From Elsinoe ampelina (taxonomy: Eukaryota), in NCBI GenBank assembly GCA_010093995.1, contig ML992506.1, positions 851,196 through 915,195 of the forward strand: a stretch of 64,000 nt of DNA, given 5' to 3'. Of this stretch, positions 49,469 to 63,797 are shown in pieces (position 1 is the stretch's first letter; each line of letters starts with the position of its first letter). The position numbers and the translations under genes are program-made. The notes below the pieces were generated by a model. That model had not been told where the DNA came from and did no database searches. It saw only the letters and a program-made list of their open reading frames with translations.

Positions 49469-50314
49469 CTAACCACTCCCACCCTTCCTGAAACTCACCT
49501 TTTCCACCGCCACTGCTTCCTTACCCTCACTATCCTTCCTCAGCTGATACACATACAACACCAACACATCCCCTTGAACATCCATGAGCACAAAACTCGG
49601 GCATAACCCCTTCTGCTCCCCCGTATCCGTATCAATCCCACTAAACTCATCCCTCACCTTCCCTGACTCCCCCTCTTCTTCCTCATCCACATAATCCAAA
49701 TCGTCCCCCGTCCAACTCGCCGCGCCAGTCGCACTCCCTGGGTTCACAAAGAACTTCCCCTCCAACTCATACGCCTCGAAGCGGCTCGTGCCTCCCCAGC
49801 ACAGAACATCCACATCCATCTGCCGCGCCGCTATGAGTAACGAATCCGGATCTCCCGGCGGGATGATCGTGTGGCCATGCGTGAAGCCTATACGGAGGGA
49901 GCCATGTGTCACAACCTTACTGAGGGCGGTGGGGATGGGGTAGGAGGCAGCGGAGTAGGAGTTGTTGTTGGGGGCTTCGTAGGGTTGAGGGGCTGAGGGA
50001 GGAGGGAGGGATAAGGGGATGTCGAAGTCGCCTTTTACGAGCTGGAGATCGGGGGCGAGGGAGCGTAGGAATGCGTAGACCGAGGGGGAGGTGAGGTTGC
50101 CTAGGCACAGGATTTGGCCGATTTTGTTGGGGGTGAGGAGTTTTTTGAACTGGTAGGTTAGGACGTGAGGGAGGAGAGGGGCTCATGGAGGGGTACTTTG
50201 GCGGGAATGTCCTGGGAGGGGTCAGCTGGTAGAGGAATGGGGAGGGGAGCGACGAACTATTGCTCGGTCTGGGATGAAGAGGTCCCCGAGGACTAGGACG
50301 AGTCGCGAGGTCAT
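49469..50314 (-). CDS. VPS29: Retromer subunit Vps29, with two short 5' introns
   Basis: Spliced N-terminus MTSRLVLVLGDLFIPDRAI|DIPAK|FKKLLTPNKIGQILCLGNL, then GFTHGH, FFVNPGSATGA and SFVLMDVQGD. Confidence 0.95.
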
Positions 50315-50938
50315 GGCGATGTGGTGTTGTGAAACTGTTCAAGTCTAGCTGAGGGAATGGTGCTATAATCTGACGCGCATGATTCAATGGCTGGATGTTA
50401 GTTGTCGGAGTCGAGATGAGCTGCAGCTTGACCGCGGGCATCAAGTCCACTTCGCCAAGGCAACAGTTCAGCCGCATGTCTCCGCTGTCAGCGGACATCA
50501 CTTTCGCGCCCTCTGTCTCTCTTCTCTCCGAATACACGACAACAATCGGAAATGCCAGGTGTGGTCTGTACATACTTGAGAATCCAGAGCCTGAACCATC
50601 TGGGAGCAGTTGAGTACGCGAGCTGTGACAATAAACATTGTAGCATCAACAGCTTTGTATCACCATTTGTAGGTCTCGTTATATCACATATCAACGCACC
50701 TCGATTGCTTTTCCTGCGTCATCTTCGCCTCCGTTTGCCTGCCTTGGCATACGAAAGGACACCATTCCCAAGACTCGACCGGATCGAGCGCTTGTGGTCA
50801 GTCTACCTGTGGTGACGCACTACTGGCCACTGGCACATGTTGAAAGGCTTCCCATAGAGATCTTATAGCCGTGTTGTAGCACATGTCGGTCTTATATCTC
50901 TCTCTCCTCTCGTCAAAACACACTTCTCTTGCCCCACT

Positions 50939-52018
50939 CTACATATTCGCAATATTCAACCCACTATCAATCTGCACCTTCTGCCCCGTGATACTCGTGT
51001 TCTTCGCCAACATGACAAACACATCCGCACAATCCGTCATGTCCACCTCCTTCTTCAACGCCGCCGCATCCCTCAACGCCTTGATCCTCTCATCACCATA
51101 CTCCAATCCCTGACACGCATTAGCCGACTCCCTCCCTCCCCCAACCAACCACACAGGAAATCCCACTCACCCACTCCGTCAACAACAACCCGGGCAACAC
51201 GGCGTTGATCCTCACCTTCTCCCCCTGCGTCTTGGCCAGACACTTCATCAAATGCAACTGCGCCGCCTTTGTCACCGAATACGCCATCGAACTGCCCCCA
51301 ATACTCGTCCCCGCGATACTCGACGTGATCAAAAACACGCCGCCATCCACATTCTCCTTGAAAGTCGGCATCGCCGCCCGCAACAGCGCCAGTTGCGCCT
51401 TGACATTCACGTTCCAGCACTTATCCCACTCGGCGTCCGTCATGGCGTCCAGGTCGGAGAAGTCGCTGAATTTGGTCCAGCCGGCGTTGGAGATGACGAC
51501 GTCGAGGCCGCCGAGGGAGGAGATGGTGGAGGTGATGAGGGCGGCGCAGTCGCTGGGTTTGCCGACGTCGGCTTGGAGGGTGGTGGTGCGGATGGAGTAC
51601 TTTGCGGAGAGGTCGGAGGTGAGTTTTTGGGCGGCGCTGGCGTTGGAGGCGTAGTTGATGGCGAGGTGGCAGCCTTCTGAGGCGAAGGCGTGGGCGATGG
51701 CGGCGCCGAGGCCCCTGGGGGAGGGTTAGTGAGGGAGGTCAGTGGATGTGATTAGATTCGTGGTGGCATGGTCGTGCTCGTGGTGGTGGGCGGCGACGAG
51801 GTCAGTGGCGAAGAGGTTGTTCGGCGACGAGCCCGCTATTGAAGACATGTGCCCGGTCACCCGGAATCTCATGCCTAGAATTGACCAAATTCCATGTCTT
51901 TCTCATAGTGCTCCCAATGAATCTCATATAGATGGATGAGGGGTAAAGGACGGGCAGTCAGCACGCACCTTGAGCCGCCAGTAATGAGGACTCTCCGTCC
52001 CTTGAGAGAATATGGCAT
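50939..52018 (-). CDS. Short-chain dehydrogenase/reductase, two introns
   Basis: LITGGSR|GLGAAIA Rossmann motif across the first intron, ISNAG, catalytic YSVTK, INAVLPG and ITGQKVQIDSG. Confidence 0.92.
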
Positions 52019-52280
52019 GGTAGCACTCGTGTAGTCAGTATCTCAGAATGACGATCGTTCAATAGATTCGAGCAAGCGCAGATGTATTGTCAACGTAGAG
52101 GAGACGGTAGTGCTACAGCCGGGGGAAACCAGGCTGTGAGACTGCTCCTTCACAACCCGAGGTTGTTCACATCAGGAGACAGCAAGCATCACGCACGAGT
52201 TCCTAAGCAAAGGACCATCGAACTGGTTTCTGGTCATGTCTATGAACATGGTATAGAGCTTCGATATATAATATTCTCGT

Positions 52281-55200
52281 CTAGAATGCAAAATCATCGT
52301 CCATCATGCCTAGATCTATTCCCGCAAATATGTCATCTTCGGTATTCTGCCCGCCCTGCTGTTGCTGATTCTGTCCATCTCCTGCTCCGCCTGCTGGTCC
52401 GATATCAAGATCGAAATTCATGCTGTCGCCGCCAAATAGATCATCGCCAAGATTCAGATTGAGGTCTCCTGCATCCCCCATATTCAAGTCCCCTCCGGAG
52501 CCGGTCAGGTCGAGATTCTGGTCAATGGCCGCGGAAAAGTCTGCAGTGGCTGCATCCAAAGCGGCTTGCTCCACGGTATCCAGAGTGGCGGCCGCTACTG
52601 CTGCATCTGCCGCAGCTGATGCGTCAATTCCATCCATTAGATCGCCAGTCGGAATATTGATTTGCATGCTGTTGAGAAGTGGCATATCGATGATCGTGGA
52701 CTGAAGGTCTACCAGTCTCGATAGACGAACGAGCGTCTCGGTCTTACCTTGCTCCAAGGCAAGAAGATAACTTGCGTCTTCGACTCGCTGCTTCAATGCT
52801 TGTCGCAGAGTGCTTGTCATCGGCATGCTGCTGCCTCGAGATCCACTCGAAGACTGTGTCTGTAATGTATTGGATGGGTTCGGCGCGCATATAAGGCATG
52901 TTGCAACATCAAGAGCCCAAGATCCAAAACCGATCGCTGTTTGTGTTGCAACGTCGTCAACCATCAGTTGCAGAACCTCATCCGCTCCATACTTCTCGAC
53001 CACAGCTTCCACCATTCGGTAATTGTACTTTGTCGGGATGTTGATCATGTCCGAGTTGTTACTCCATGTAGTGAGCTGCGTGATCAGGTCTGAAAATGCT
53101 GCTCGCAAGGTGCCTGTGCTGGTGACCCACTCTCGCTCCTCAGATCTGAGCGCACAAGAGGAGTACTGAGATCCAGCATGTGGCTTGAGCACTGCGATGA
53201 GCTGTGGAATGTCCTTGCGATTCGGTATCCGCTTATCAAGTTCGTTCAGGCACGGCCGAACAGTCTGATATAGGCAGCCCAATATGGTAGTATGCATCGT
53301 ATGAGCGTCTCCAGAGATCGAAGTCGGCTTTAGTAGTTTGTGCAACGTGGAGAGTACGATGTCAATATCCTTCCCCATACGAGCATGGTCGGCAAGCCAT
53401 TTGCAGCCGCCGACAAGGGAAGGTAACAAGAATGGTTCAAGTAAGACTGAGATGATGGTCAGCAGGGTCCGATATTTTCATGAGGTCATTACTCACATTC
53501 CAGTCCGCCCTTCAAAGTGTTTGGTGCCAAATGCTTGCTCCGACAGGCCAACACTATCTGCTCGAACAACGTGGGTACGAGGAGATAGAACGTCTGTGGT
53601 GAACACCCAGACATGGTCTCATCTGTGATTCCAGACGACTCGCCCTTTTCGTCTACAGCAAAGAGACCTTTGACCCACTTACCGAGGATCTTTATCTCGT
53701 CCTCACTCAAGTCTTTCATATGCCTGCTTTGCGATTGACGTGCCAAGTACTTGATGATGAAGCTGTCACGGTCGTAACTCTCGAGCTCGGTGATCTGAAC
53801 ATCGTAGCGATGGATCAGAGCAGAGGTGAACAGCAAGATGGTCGCAAAGTCATCGTATGCTGGCTGCAGCTCGCTCTGATCTTCATCATGAGTCCAGTCA
53901 TTCAAATATGTGCAAAGAGGCAGAAGTATATCATTGAGCCGCGAGTGTTGTAGTATGATGTCGACCAAGGATAATTTGCGAGAGATGGCCATACAAATGG
54001 TCTTGAGGGACACTGTTTCTTTAGAAACGGCGAAATTCCGTATCGCCTCGACCAACGCACCAGAGATGGTCCCTGCATCACCTTGCATCCGGTCCAGCTC
54101 ATTGACAAGGTCATCCGCTTTCTGAGGATTAGAGACAAGCTGTTGTAGAAGACTCTGCTTGTTGGGTCTGGCACCAGTGGGTAGCTTCAGCGGAGCACCG
54201 TTGAGGATGGCTGATGCTGTGCTTTCAGAGATAACTTGGTGCAATTGGCAGGACTGGATGAATTCCTGTCGAACATCCCTGATAGTTTCGTTGATGCCTG
54301 CGCTATCAGAAGATAGAGGCGGAAATGGATGGGTGTCTATTCTGCTCATTGCCATTTGGATGCATGATTCGGTCATACCAGGCTGGTACAGCTGACTAAT
54401 TGCCAGAAGCGAGATCAGGTTATGCAGCTTGTTGGCAACGAACGATCGATGACAAAGGATTGTGTGAGCGGGTTCATGCCGATGAAGCACGTTGATCAAG
54501 GCGTCAAAGGCTCCGATAATCAGATCGCATATCATGCTCTGATGATCGTCACCGTATCTTGTCTGCAGAAAGGACAGCAGATGTATTTCATCCACCAGTG
54601 GCCGATGACACAACGCAGCGTTAATGTAGGTATAGACAGCAGAGCGGGTATTTGTCCTAGGCATGTCCTGAACTTCGAGTGCAATATCGGCGGCTGCGAA
54701 GCTGAGTGACCCGTCCTGGTTCTGATCCACCAGCGGTGGCATCTTCAGCATGACCTGCAATTTCTGGATGATTGGCATTGGAGCAGACCATTGTGAAAGC
54801 GTGGTCGTAAAGTGGCTGATCGACGAGGAGATGCTGGCTTTTGCGCCTTTTGGGATGGCCTTGATCAGGTGTTTGCGGACGTTGATGTTGTTCAGAAGAA
54901 TAACCAGAAATGCTCCAAGGTGCTCATACGCTGCCACAAGCGCGGGATCTGGAGCTTGATCATCCAGATTATCAATCTGCTGCACCGTTTCGTACGCATT
55001 GTACGCTTGAACGTAAGAGAGTAGAGCTCTGAACGTACGTGAGGACTCCTTCGCGGACCTCGGATGTTCTCCAGAGACGTAAGGAGCAGTGAGGAGACCA
55101 AAGATGCTTTCCTGGGCGGCTTTCGATATCCGAAGCTTGAGGCCATTCGAAGCATCCTCGGCACTGCGAGTATTGTACGGAGAGAGCTCCAAAAGGGCTT

Positions 55201-55465
55201 CCAGTAAGTCTGCCGGCTCCAGGAATGACGATCGGAGGAAGTAGGAGATGTGAATGAGTAGGAGCGGGTCACAATTGGTGTCAATTTGAAGACCAGATCC
55301 CAGCAAAAGGATGGCAAGATCTCGTGAAGGCAATCGATGAACCTTGTGACATTCTCGTAGCGCATCATCGACATCGCTCGGCTGTAGCCGGCGTGTGAAG
55401 CATGCTTTCAAGGCGGCCTCCCATTTTTCGATCGCCATAGGATCGCTAGGCGGATCTCGTGCCAT
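52281..55465 (-). CDS. MED5: Mediator complex subunit 5 (Nut1); intron 53496-53447
   Basis: DEDQSELQPAYDDFATILLF, SGITDETMSGCSPQTFYLLVPTLFEQ and GGLE|FLLEPFLLPSLVGG, plus an acidic tail. Confidence 0.92.
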
Positions 55466-55941
55466 CAGGATGGCAGGCAGCACCAAGCGTAGCGAATGGA
55501 TACGATGAGAATGTGTGACAGATTCGGTGTACACTGTGAAGATCCCTGGGAATCGACGTCGCAGGTCGAGGGCGAAGTTTGAGGGTCTACAAGGCTTCTT
55601 GGGTCATCGTTGATGCGGTACCAATGATCACCTGCAGAACAGGTACGACATTGGTGGCGTGTCGTCGGCTGGTTCCAGATATTGGACAAGCATGTGAAGG
55701 GCAAACACAGATGATGGCACAAGGCGATGTGGAAACGGACCGCGAACGGATGATCCGAGCTTATAACTTAGAGCCGCATCTAGCGTAAACCTTGTACGGG
55801 TGATTGTCTTTTTCCAGGGGTGCTATCTGGCCCATTGGTCCTTTCGATACCTGTTCTTCCATGTGTCGAACGGTCAATTACTCCATATGCTTGCTAATGC
55901 TACTTGAACAAGAGATCACTCATGATAACCGATCATTTTCA

Positions 55942-56667
55942 TCACCCACCATGAATACCATGTACGCCGTCAACGCCATCGGTCTGCGCATAGCGAGACG
56001 ATCCACCCATGCCGCTCGACTGTCCATATCGATTTCCGCTAAGCCCTCGATTATCTCGTGGTGCTCGGGGCCCGACCATCCAGTCTTCCAGCGCCAACCA
56101 TGAACTCCAGCCCTTTTCTGCAGCGTTTAATTCCTCTGCCGTGACATCCTTCAAGGGCTGCATAAAAGGTACCGTCTCCTCCTCGTTGAGATCATATTGA
56201 TTCTTGCAGCTTCCCCAGCCTCCATGCTTGGCAGCGAAGAGGTAGTTCCGTCTCTCACATTCCCGCAGTGGCGTGATACCTGATTGCCATGCGTCACCAA
56301 AGAAGCCGTGTAGTATCCCCTCGGTGTCGAAGCCGGTGACGATCAGCCGTCGAATATAGGGGATCAGCGATACGAATGAGATGGCGGAGGGTTGACCTTG
56401 TGCGTCCCGCCCTGCTGATGGTCCGCTAGTTGGTCGTGACCAGTCTTTGACGTTTGCTGTTGATTGGTTTGCCACGTTTACTGTTGTAGTAGACGACATG
56501 ATCGGATTGATTCGCCACTGGTGCGGTAATCTGATATTGATCAAGGAACAAAGTGCTTGAGTGGCAGCTTCGTATTGTGCGTGGTCGAGAAAGTATCGCT
56601 GGCATGATTGATATGCCGGCTGCCAATCGAGGATGTCAAAACCAGGCATGCTTGAGAAAGGGAACAT
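55942..56667 (-). CDS. Conserved fungal protein of unknown function; true start uncertain
   Basis: FDILDWQPAYQSCQRYFLDHAQ, VSLIPYIRRLIVTGFD, ERRNYLFAAK and WSSWLALEDWMVGPRAP, recalled as a Pezizomycotina-conserved family. Confidence 0.8.
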   Translation of the reverse strand: MFPFSSMPGFDILDWQPAYQSCQRYFLDHAQYEAATQALCSLINIRLPHQWRINPIMSSTTTVNVANQSTANVKDWSRPTSGPSAGRDAQGQPSAISFVSLIPYIRRLIVTGFDTEGILHGFFGDAWQSGITPLRECERRNYLFAAKHGGWGSCKNQYDLNEEETVPFMQPLKDVTAEELNAAEKGWSSWLALEDWMVGPRAPRDNRGLSGNRYGQSSGMGGSSRYAQTDGVDGVHGIHGG

Positions 56668-57243
56668 GGAGGGTGCTGTCGTATCCTGGCCCACTCTGGA
56701 CCGAGGAGAAAGGGCATCATTTGAATAAGGAGGTCTGATAGCATTGTCAGTGGCAAAGTATAGTACGACCAGACCAGAGCGTACGCCATGATGTCTATGC
56801 AGCACCGTTTGTGTCCTGTGCTTCGTAGATGTCTAATACTGAAGCGGACGACTGCGTGGCAAGAGCAGAAAAGTGAACAATGCAAGCCAAAATGTGGTGC
56901 TGCCAACTACTCTTGCGAGCATTCACGATGACAGGGACCAATGGGAGAAGTTCGTGTCAATACCAAAAGGGACTGTCAGATGTGTATTCAAAGCATAAAG
57001 TGATAGGGCTGGGAGGCTAGAGTTGTTTGGCACAAGTGTGTGCGGTGCTGCGGTGACGTCTAGACTGCCTCAGCTCGAACGCAAAGATCAGCGCCTTGGT
57101 CAACACCAACGTCAACATCAGTCATCAAAGAGCAAGTATATACTTAGAAGACATCTAGGCCTACTTCCATTTTTTAGAGGCTTGCGATCTCGTCCCATCC
57201 CAGTCTCCGTAATATCGACACTTCAATAACACCAGATTTCAAT

Positions 57244-58314
57244 ATGTCAAAATCTACATACTCATTGGCGTGCAGAGTAAAGGTAACGGTCAATGTCGTC
57301 TATGGCTATGGGACGAAAATGACCAATGATTGGTAGCTCAACAATGGGAGCACCATGCCCCTTATCCACCTCGGTGTATACTTGACGTCTGGTAATGAAA
57401 CGGTCAAAGCTACCAAGTGGGCGCTCGAAGTACGCCATTCGCCACTGCATGAGCACAACATCTGATGATGTTCTCAGGCAGGCTACAGAGCTGTGGACTC
57501 TGCGCAGATGTATCATAACGAGCGCGACGTCGGATCTGCCATCAAGTCTTTCCTCTCCTCGCCTGCCAACTCGGAAGGCCTGACAAGGGAGGATATACAC
57601 TTTACGTCCAAGCTCGCATCGAACTCGGACTACAATACAGCACGGCGTAGCATCAAGAAGAGTGTCAAGGAATGCGGTCTAGACTACATCGACCTCTTCC
57701 TCCTGCATAGTCCTTACGGTGGTAAACGTGCTCGATTGGAGAGCTGGCGGGCGGTTGAAGACGCCATTGCAGACGGCGAAGTCAAGATTGGAGGTGTGTC
57801 GAATTATGGAGTCAAGCATGCAAGTCACTGACTTGTCAAATGCGGCATTCCACTAATGTCCAACAGCTCAAAGAGTTGATGGAGGCAAAGCCCAAGATAC
57901 TACCAGCAGTCAACCAGATCGAAGTTCATCCTTTCAATACCAGGACTGAAATTACTTCGTTCTGTCAGGAGAACGGCATCATGGTAGAAGCTTATGCTCC
58001 ACTTGCTCGAGCTCTCAGAATGAAGCACCCGACCATCGTGGAGTTGAGCAAGAAGTACGGCTGCACACCTGGCCAGCTCATGGTCAGATGGAGCTGTCAA
58101 CATGGATTTGTCCCGCTACCCAAGAGCGTCAAGCAAGCCAGGATCAAAGAGAATGGTGACATCTCTGGATTCGAAATAGAAGATGCGGACGTCAAGACGA
58201 TGGATGGATTGGATGAGTACTTGGTGACTGGTAAGCCGCATGATCGTTATTTCACTTTCCAGGCACTGATAAGTTATCCTCGCTCCAGACTGGGACCCTG
58301 TCGACACTGATTGA
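57244..58314 (+). CDS. Aldo-keto reductase, four introns including one GC-AG intron
   Basis: [54 protein letters not shown] and PLPKS. Confidence 0.93.
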
Positions 58315-58460
58315 TGGTCTCCACGGAAATGCTTTTCGGTCACGGAGAAACGAGGAGATGGACCAGCGATGCCGGACTTGTCACGCCGACACCGGCTAGC
58401 TCTCCACTTCTCCACGAAGAGCTTCCGGCGCGTCTGAATGACGCATCTTGCCTTTCAGAC

Positions 58461-58718
58461 TGATAACGATTTTCGTATCAGCAAAACCAATTACACAGAA
58501 AACTCCCTATCTTTGAACAGCGTGATTTCTCCGCGCCGGATTCTGCCATGGCGTTTCCAAAGACCCAACCAGCAGACACTATGTCCTCATCCACTTCCGC
58601 ATTTGCCCCAGACCCAATGTCCATGGTCTGACGTAGGCTTTTTCTCTGTGACCATCCACGCTTCCTCTCAGCGGTCGGTATGAATGCCCACGGGAGCGGT
58701 CAGTAGTCCGTGGATAAA
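58461..58718. promoter_or_regulatory. GATA (AreA/Nit2-type) sites upstream of NADP-GDH
   Basis: TGATAA at 58461, CTATCT (AGATAG on the minus strand) at 58507 and GATAAA at 58713. Confidence 0.4.
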
Positions 58719-58869
58719 AAGCTTAGCCGTCATCTGCCGTCTAGAAGCGAGACGTAACCACCACAGAGAGGTTTCAACATTTCCTGCCACTTTCTTCTTC
58801 CCATTCCCTCTCAACAACCCCACCACCAAACAACAGCGAACGCTTCCATACACTATACAAACATCGTAA

Positions 58870-60441
<1,572 letters not shown>

Positions 60442-60786
60442 ATGTAGCAGACCCCTTGCTGCAAGGTCATGATAATGTATACACAGCCATGAGATACCTA
60501 GTATAGATATGGCGGAACAACAGTGTTGATTTGCTTACTTGCTGAGACATGATGGGGTCCGGTATGTGGCACGTGACGTGTGACATGTGCATGTCGTAAT
60601 GATGCCCGTGGGAACTTATGCAGAATGCCGTGTATAAGACAGACGGGAACTCTCATCACTTGATAGAAACGCAAGACTGCATTCCCATAGCCACCAGGGA
60701 ACATAAGATATTCAACTGCGCTCAACAGACCAATTTGCTCGCTATCGGTATAATCTTGAGTGCTTTGCCATCAAGCCACCACTACG

Positions 60787-61350
60787 ATGTCGACAACCAA
60801 AGAACTACACGAGAACTTTGAGCCACATCCAGACCCCAAAGCCATGACTGGTAACAATGTCAGCGACGTCGACTACGAGCCACATCCAGAACAATCACAA
60901 AAGATTTCTTCCGAACACGATCAAATCATCAAACACATCTGCAACCTCTACTCGGGGTCCGCCTCGGAAGAGGACATGCAAGTCTACGCGGCCAAATCCA
61001 TCTACGACGATCCTTTCAGCTACTGTGACACCCGCTACAAGATCGCCGGTCAATGGTACGGCATCCCCAAGATGTTCTCGAGCTCAAAGACGCTCAAGAC
61101 CGAAGTGGTCAAGGACTCGGCCGAGGAGATTGTGTTCAAGCTGCAGCAGGAGTGGACGCTGAAGGGGATCCATGCTACCAAGGCGGTCAATTGCCTGGTG
61201 AGCTTGTCGTTGGACGAGCAGGGCAAGGTCAAGTATCATAAGGATATGTGGAATGAGAAGGATTATAGCCATGAGGGTTTGGGGAAGGCATTCAAGACGC
61301 TGAATGGGGATCAGCTCACGAAGATTACGCAGCCGCCGGAGAGCTTGTAG
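60787..61350 (+). CDS. Conserved hypothetical protein, probable NTF2/SnoaL-like fold
   Basis: VYAAKSIYDDPFSYCDTRYKIAGQWYGIP and GKVKYHKDMWN. Confidence 0.82.
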   Translation: MSTTKELHENFEPHPDPKAMTGNNVSDVDYEPHPEQSQKISSEHDQIIKHICNLYSGSASEEDMQVYAAKSIYDDPFSYCDTRYKIAGQWYGIPKMFSSSKTLKTEVVKDSAEEIVFKLQQEWTLKGIHATKAVNCLVSLSLDEQGKVKYHKDMWNEKDYSHEGLGKAFKTLNGDQLTKITQPPESL

Positions 61351-61447
61351 TTGGTCCGTAGGTGCTCAACAAGACCGTTGTAGACCAGCTGTGAACATGT
61401 TGTCTGAAGATGTGGCTAAATGTGAAAGATGCGTGCTCGAGTCATCG

Positions 61448-61471
61448 GCAAATGCAAATGCAAATGCAAAT
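61448..61471 (+). repeat. (GCAAAT)4 microsatellite
   Basis: gcaaatgcaaatgcaaatgcaaat. Confidence 0.85.
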
Positions 61472-61945
61472 CATCTCTCTCCACCTCCGAAGCCGGCAGC
61501 CTTGCTTCAGATTTTTTAGGGGAACGGAATAGACGGATGCAACAGATCTAAAACACACAGGACCATTGCATTGCTCATCAGATCTCGCGGAATACGGTGA
61601 GGGCTCAATAGAGGCGACTCTTTCAAGACCAAAACATACTTTCACGACTGTGGAGGGCCTCCAGCCTATCTCTTCAAGCTCCTTTCGCTGTTGATTTCAT
61701 TTTCCAACCTGGCGTTGCGATTGACTGCGGGGCGAGTCGGTCGACTTGCCTCTTCTTCTTCCCCTCTTCTCATGTCCCACTCTTCATCTTCTACTGCTCG
61801 CAACAGACTGAGTCTTGTTTCTCGACACCTCGTGGACCAACAGAATCTTCAATTGAACACTCCCTACAGCACTGAGAGACGAACAACTGTACGAGACGAC
61901 CTCGAACGGATAGAACGACAGCAGACTACAGAAACACCAAAGAAG

Positions 61946-63157
61946 ATGTCGTCACAACCCTCACACCCCGCCTTGCTCATTCCTGGGCCCATTGAGTTTG
62001 ACGATGAGGTCCTGCAGTCCATGAGCCACTACAGGTATGGTCGATAGCTTATAATCTATGTCGGCCAATCTCTGACCATCTACAGCGAGTCCCATGTCGG
62101 CATGCCCTTTGTCAAATGCTTTGGCGAGACTCTCACTATGCTCCGGACACTCTTCCAAACCTCGGATCCAGCATCACAGCCGATCGTCGTCTCCGGCTCT
62201 GGCACACTAGGGTGGGACATGGTAGCATCCAACCTCGCAGAGCCAGGCGACGACGTCCTTGTCCTACACACCGGCTACTTCGCCGACTCCTTCGCCGACT
62301 GCTTCGAGGCATACGGCGTCAAGGCCACACAACTCAAAGCTCCCATCGGCGACCGTCCACAACTCGACGAGATCGAAAAGGCCCTGAAAGAGAAGAAATA
62401 CAAGCTCCTCACCGTCACCCACACCGACACCTCCACCGGCGTCCTTTCCGAGATCGAGCCCCTCTCCAAGCTCCTCCAACGCGTCTCCCCCGACACTCTT
62501 CTCATCGTCGACGGCGTCTGCTCCGTCGGCTGTGAAGAAATCCGCTTCGACGACTGGAAAATCGACTGCGTCATCACAGCCAGCCAAAAAGCCATCGGCT
62601 GCCCGGCAGGCCTCAGCATCTCCATGGTATCCGGCCGCGCCATCTCGTCCTTCAAAGCCCGAAAGCAGCCCCCCAACAGCTACTTTGCGTCGTGGAAGAA
62701 CTGGATCCCCATCATGCAAAACTACGAAGCCAAAAAACCCAGCTACTTCGCCACCCCATCCCCACAACTCATCCACGCCCTCCACACCACCCTCAAGCAA
62801 ATCACCGCCCGGCCCATGGACGAGCGCTTCAAGGTCCACCGCGACGCGAGCCTGCGCGTGAAGAAAGCCGTCGCGGACCTGGGGCTGAAGCAGTTGGCGA
62901 GCAAGCCAGAGAACCAAGCCAACGGTATGACGGCGATCTACCTGCCCGAAGGCGTGACCCCGCCCGAGATTCTCCCGAAGCTGATGGAGCGAGGAGTGAT
63001 TTTTGCAGGTGGTCTGCACAAGGAGATTGCGGCCAAGTATATCCGGTTCGGGCATATGGGGGTGAGCGTCACGGATCCGAAGAGGGGGGATATTGAGGGC
63101 GCGATAAAGGCGCTGGGGGAGAGTGTGGTGGAGGTGAGGAAGGCGAAAGGGGAGTAG
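61946..63157 (+). CDS. AGX1: Alanine:glyoxylate aminotransferase (class V PLP enzyme); intron 62035-62085
   Basis: LLIPGPIEF, SGSGTLGWD, THTDTSTGVLS, DGVCSVG, PLP-lysine motif TASQKAIG, YFATPSPQL and IRFGHMG. Confidence 0.94.
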
Positions 63158-63749
63158 GATAGACCCAGGGAGGGGACGGGGAGGGTTGTATATATGTCAA
63201 GGGAATGTAAAAGCTCTTTGTTGATCACTCTCTTGTTGTCCCACGGGGAGGAAGGAACAGGATGTGGTTCAGAATCTACGAGGCAGTCAAGCGGCGTTCG
63301 TGTGGTGCAAGTGGCAACGATGCCCGAGACAAGGTAGAAGTTGCGCTGCGCCGACTGGCACTACCACTGCACCCAGCCTGCATGGCTCATGGCAGACTCG
63401 TTGCTTCGAAGAGGCATCGACGGAGCACATCACCGAACTTCTTGCACGTATGACTGTAATCATTTTCATTACCATCCGTCCCCTGGTAGAGTCTTGGACC
63501 CCTCCTGGCCTCTTGCCATGCTCACTCCCCCACCCACTCACCCATCTCCCCTCCGTCCATCTCCTCCCGACCTATACCAACTCCGATCTGTACATACATT
63601 ACATACCAAACCCGTATATGTGCATCCCTGCGTTTCCATCCCTGGTGTGCATCCCTGCCTATGCCGCCCTATATCCCTATATATGCTGTGACGAGCCGAG
63701 GTGATCGTTGCTGCGTTGCTGTGTAGAAGAAGTTGTAAGAAAGGTTTTG

Positions 63750-63797
63750 AAGTCCTAAAGTCCTCAAGTCCTCAAGTCCTCAAGTCCTCAAGTCCTG
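63750..63797 (+). repeat. (AAGTCCTC) tandem repeat, six copies
   Basis: aagtccta, aagtcctc x4, aagtcctg. Confidence 0.9.

Noticed and set aside
63750..63797. CRISPR or telomeric repeat
   Set aside because: There are no spacers, the context is eukaryotic, and the unit is not TTAGGG-like.
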